The translations under genes and the position numbers were made by a program. The notes under the pieces are model-generated. The model did not search any database. It was not told where the DNA came from and was given only the letters and a program-made list of their open reading frames with translations. A DNA stretch of 35,687 bases, from positions 1-35,687 of the forward strand of contig CAVHZK010000141.1 of NCBI GenBank assembly GCA_963640215.1, in the 5' to 3' direction. This document shows positions 35,202-35,687 of the stretch, one piece after another; position 1 is the first letter of the stretch, and the number at the start of each line of letters is the position of its first letter. The stretch is from a bacterium. GTDB taxonomy: Bacteria > Bacillota > Clostridia > Lachnospirales > Lachnospiraceae.

Positions 35202-35687
35202 ATGAACATTAACAAATTTACCCAGAGATCTATAGAAGCAGTCAACGGCTGCGAATCCGTTGCAACAGAATACGGCAATCAGCAGATAGAGCAGGCACAT
35301 CTCCTATACAGTCTATTGAATGTAGAGGACAGCCTTATCGCTAAGCTACTGCAGAGGATGAATATTGACACCGCAAGCTTTGTGAAGGACCTTACCGATA
35401 TTATATCCAAGTATCCCAAGGTAAGCGGCGGCAACATGTATTTCTCCAATGACTGCAACCGCGTGCTCACAGAGGCGGAGAATCACTCCAAGGCGATGGG
35501 AGACGAGTATGTGTCAGTCGAGCACATTTTCCTTGCCATCTTGGACAGGGCAGACAAGGATATGAAGCAGCTCTTTGCAAGATATAATGTTACAAAGGAC
35601 GGCTTTCTCAAGGTGCTCTCCGAGGTAAGAGGCAATCAGAAGGTCATGTCCGACAATCCGGAGGCGACCTACGATACGCTCAAGAAA
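35202..35687 (+). CDS. clpB: ATP-dependent chaperone/disaggregase ClpB, N-terminal 162 codons (continues beyond the window)
   Basis: GAGGAGG RBS 9 nt upstream of the ATG. MNINKFTQRSIEAV...IEQAHLLYSLL...PKVSGG...GDEYVSVEHIFLAIL is the typical ClpB Clp_N repeat domain. The frame stays open to the window end, so it is absent from the ORF track. Confidence 0.88.
   Translation, partial: MNINKFTQRSIEAVNGCESVATEYGNQQIEQAHLLYSLLNVEDSLIAKLLQRMNIDTASFVKDLTDIISKYPKVSGGNMYFSNDCNRVLTEAENHSKAMGDEYVSVEHIFLAILDRADKDMKQLFARYNVTKDGFLKVLSEVRGNQKVMSDNPEATYDTLKK

Noticed and set aside
1-35687. Search for tRNA, rRNA, CRISPR repeats, transposases/integrases, prophage genes or long direct repeats
   Set aside because: Intergenic regions are short and were read individually. 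No cloverleaf-like sequences, regularly spaced repeats or mobile-element ORFs were seen. The only repeated non-coding sequence is the ~72-nt element reported above.

Overview
The window looks like chromosomal DNA from a Firmicutes/Clostridia-type organism, possibly Lachnospiraceae-like. Supporting signs are about 50% GC, heavy use of ATA Ile codons, choline-binding-type cell-wall repeats, a PASTA kinase and a CIRCE operator. Most of it is a conserved housekeeping block on the + strand. A cell-envelope/division cluster (class A PBP, SH3-NlpC/P60 hydrolase, FtsK) is followed by a long, tightly coupled gene string: murE-murF-priA-def-fmt-(YugP-like Zn peptidase)-rsmB-rlmN-prpC-prkC-rsgA-rpe. Next come yggS, a small unknown gene and a CstA-family transporter with its own strong promoter. 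The left end holds the 3' part of a large coiled-coil protein, a secreted cell-wall-binding-repeat protein, a tiny membrane protein and, on the - strand, an unusually long ABC-F ATPase. The right end (31.0-34.9 kb) is the most interesting part. It is a three-gene operon with no recognisable client gene: an uncharacterised two-TM protein, a NorQ/CbbQ-type MoxR AAA+ ATPase with an atypical P-loop, and a NorD/CbbO-type VWA protein. It lies next to clpB. A ~72-nt conserved element (a 25-nt box plus a covarying 9-bp hairpin) sits upstream of both this operon and clpB, which suggests shared, undescribed stress-linked regulation. clpB also carries a near-perfect CIRCE/HrcA operator. I saw no rRNA, tRNA, CRISPR array, transposase or integrase. 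All calls rest on motif recognition by eye; no database search was possible.
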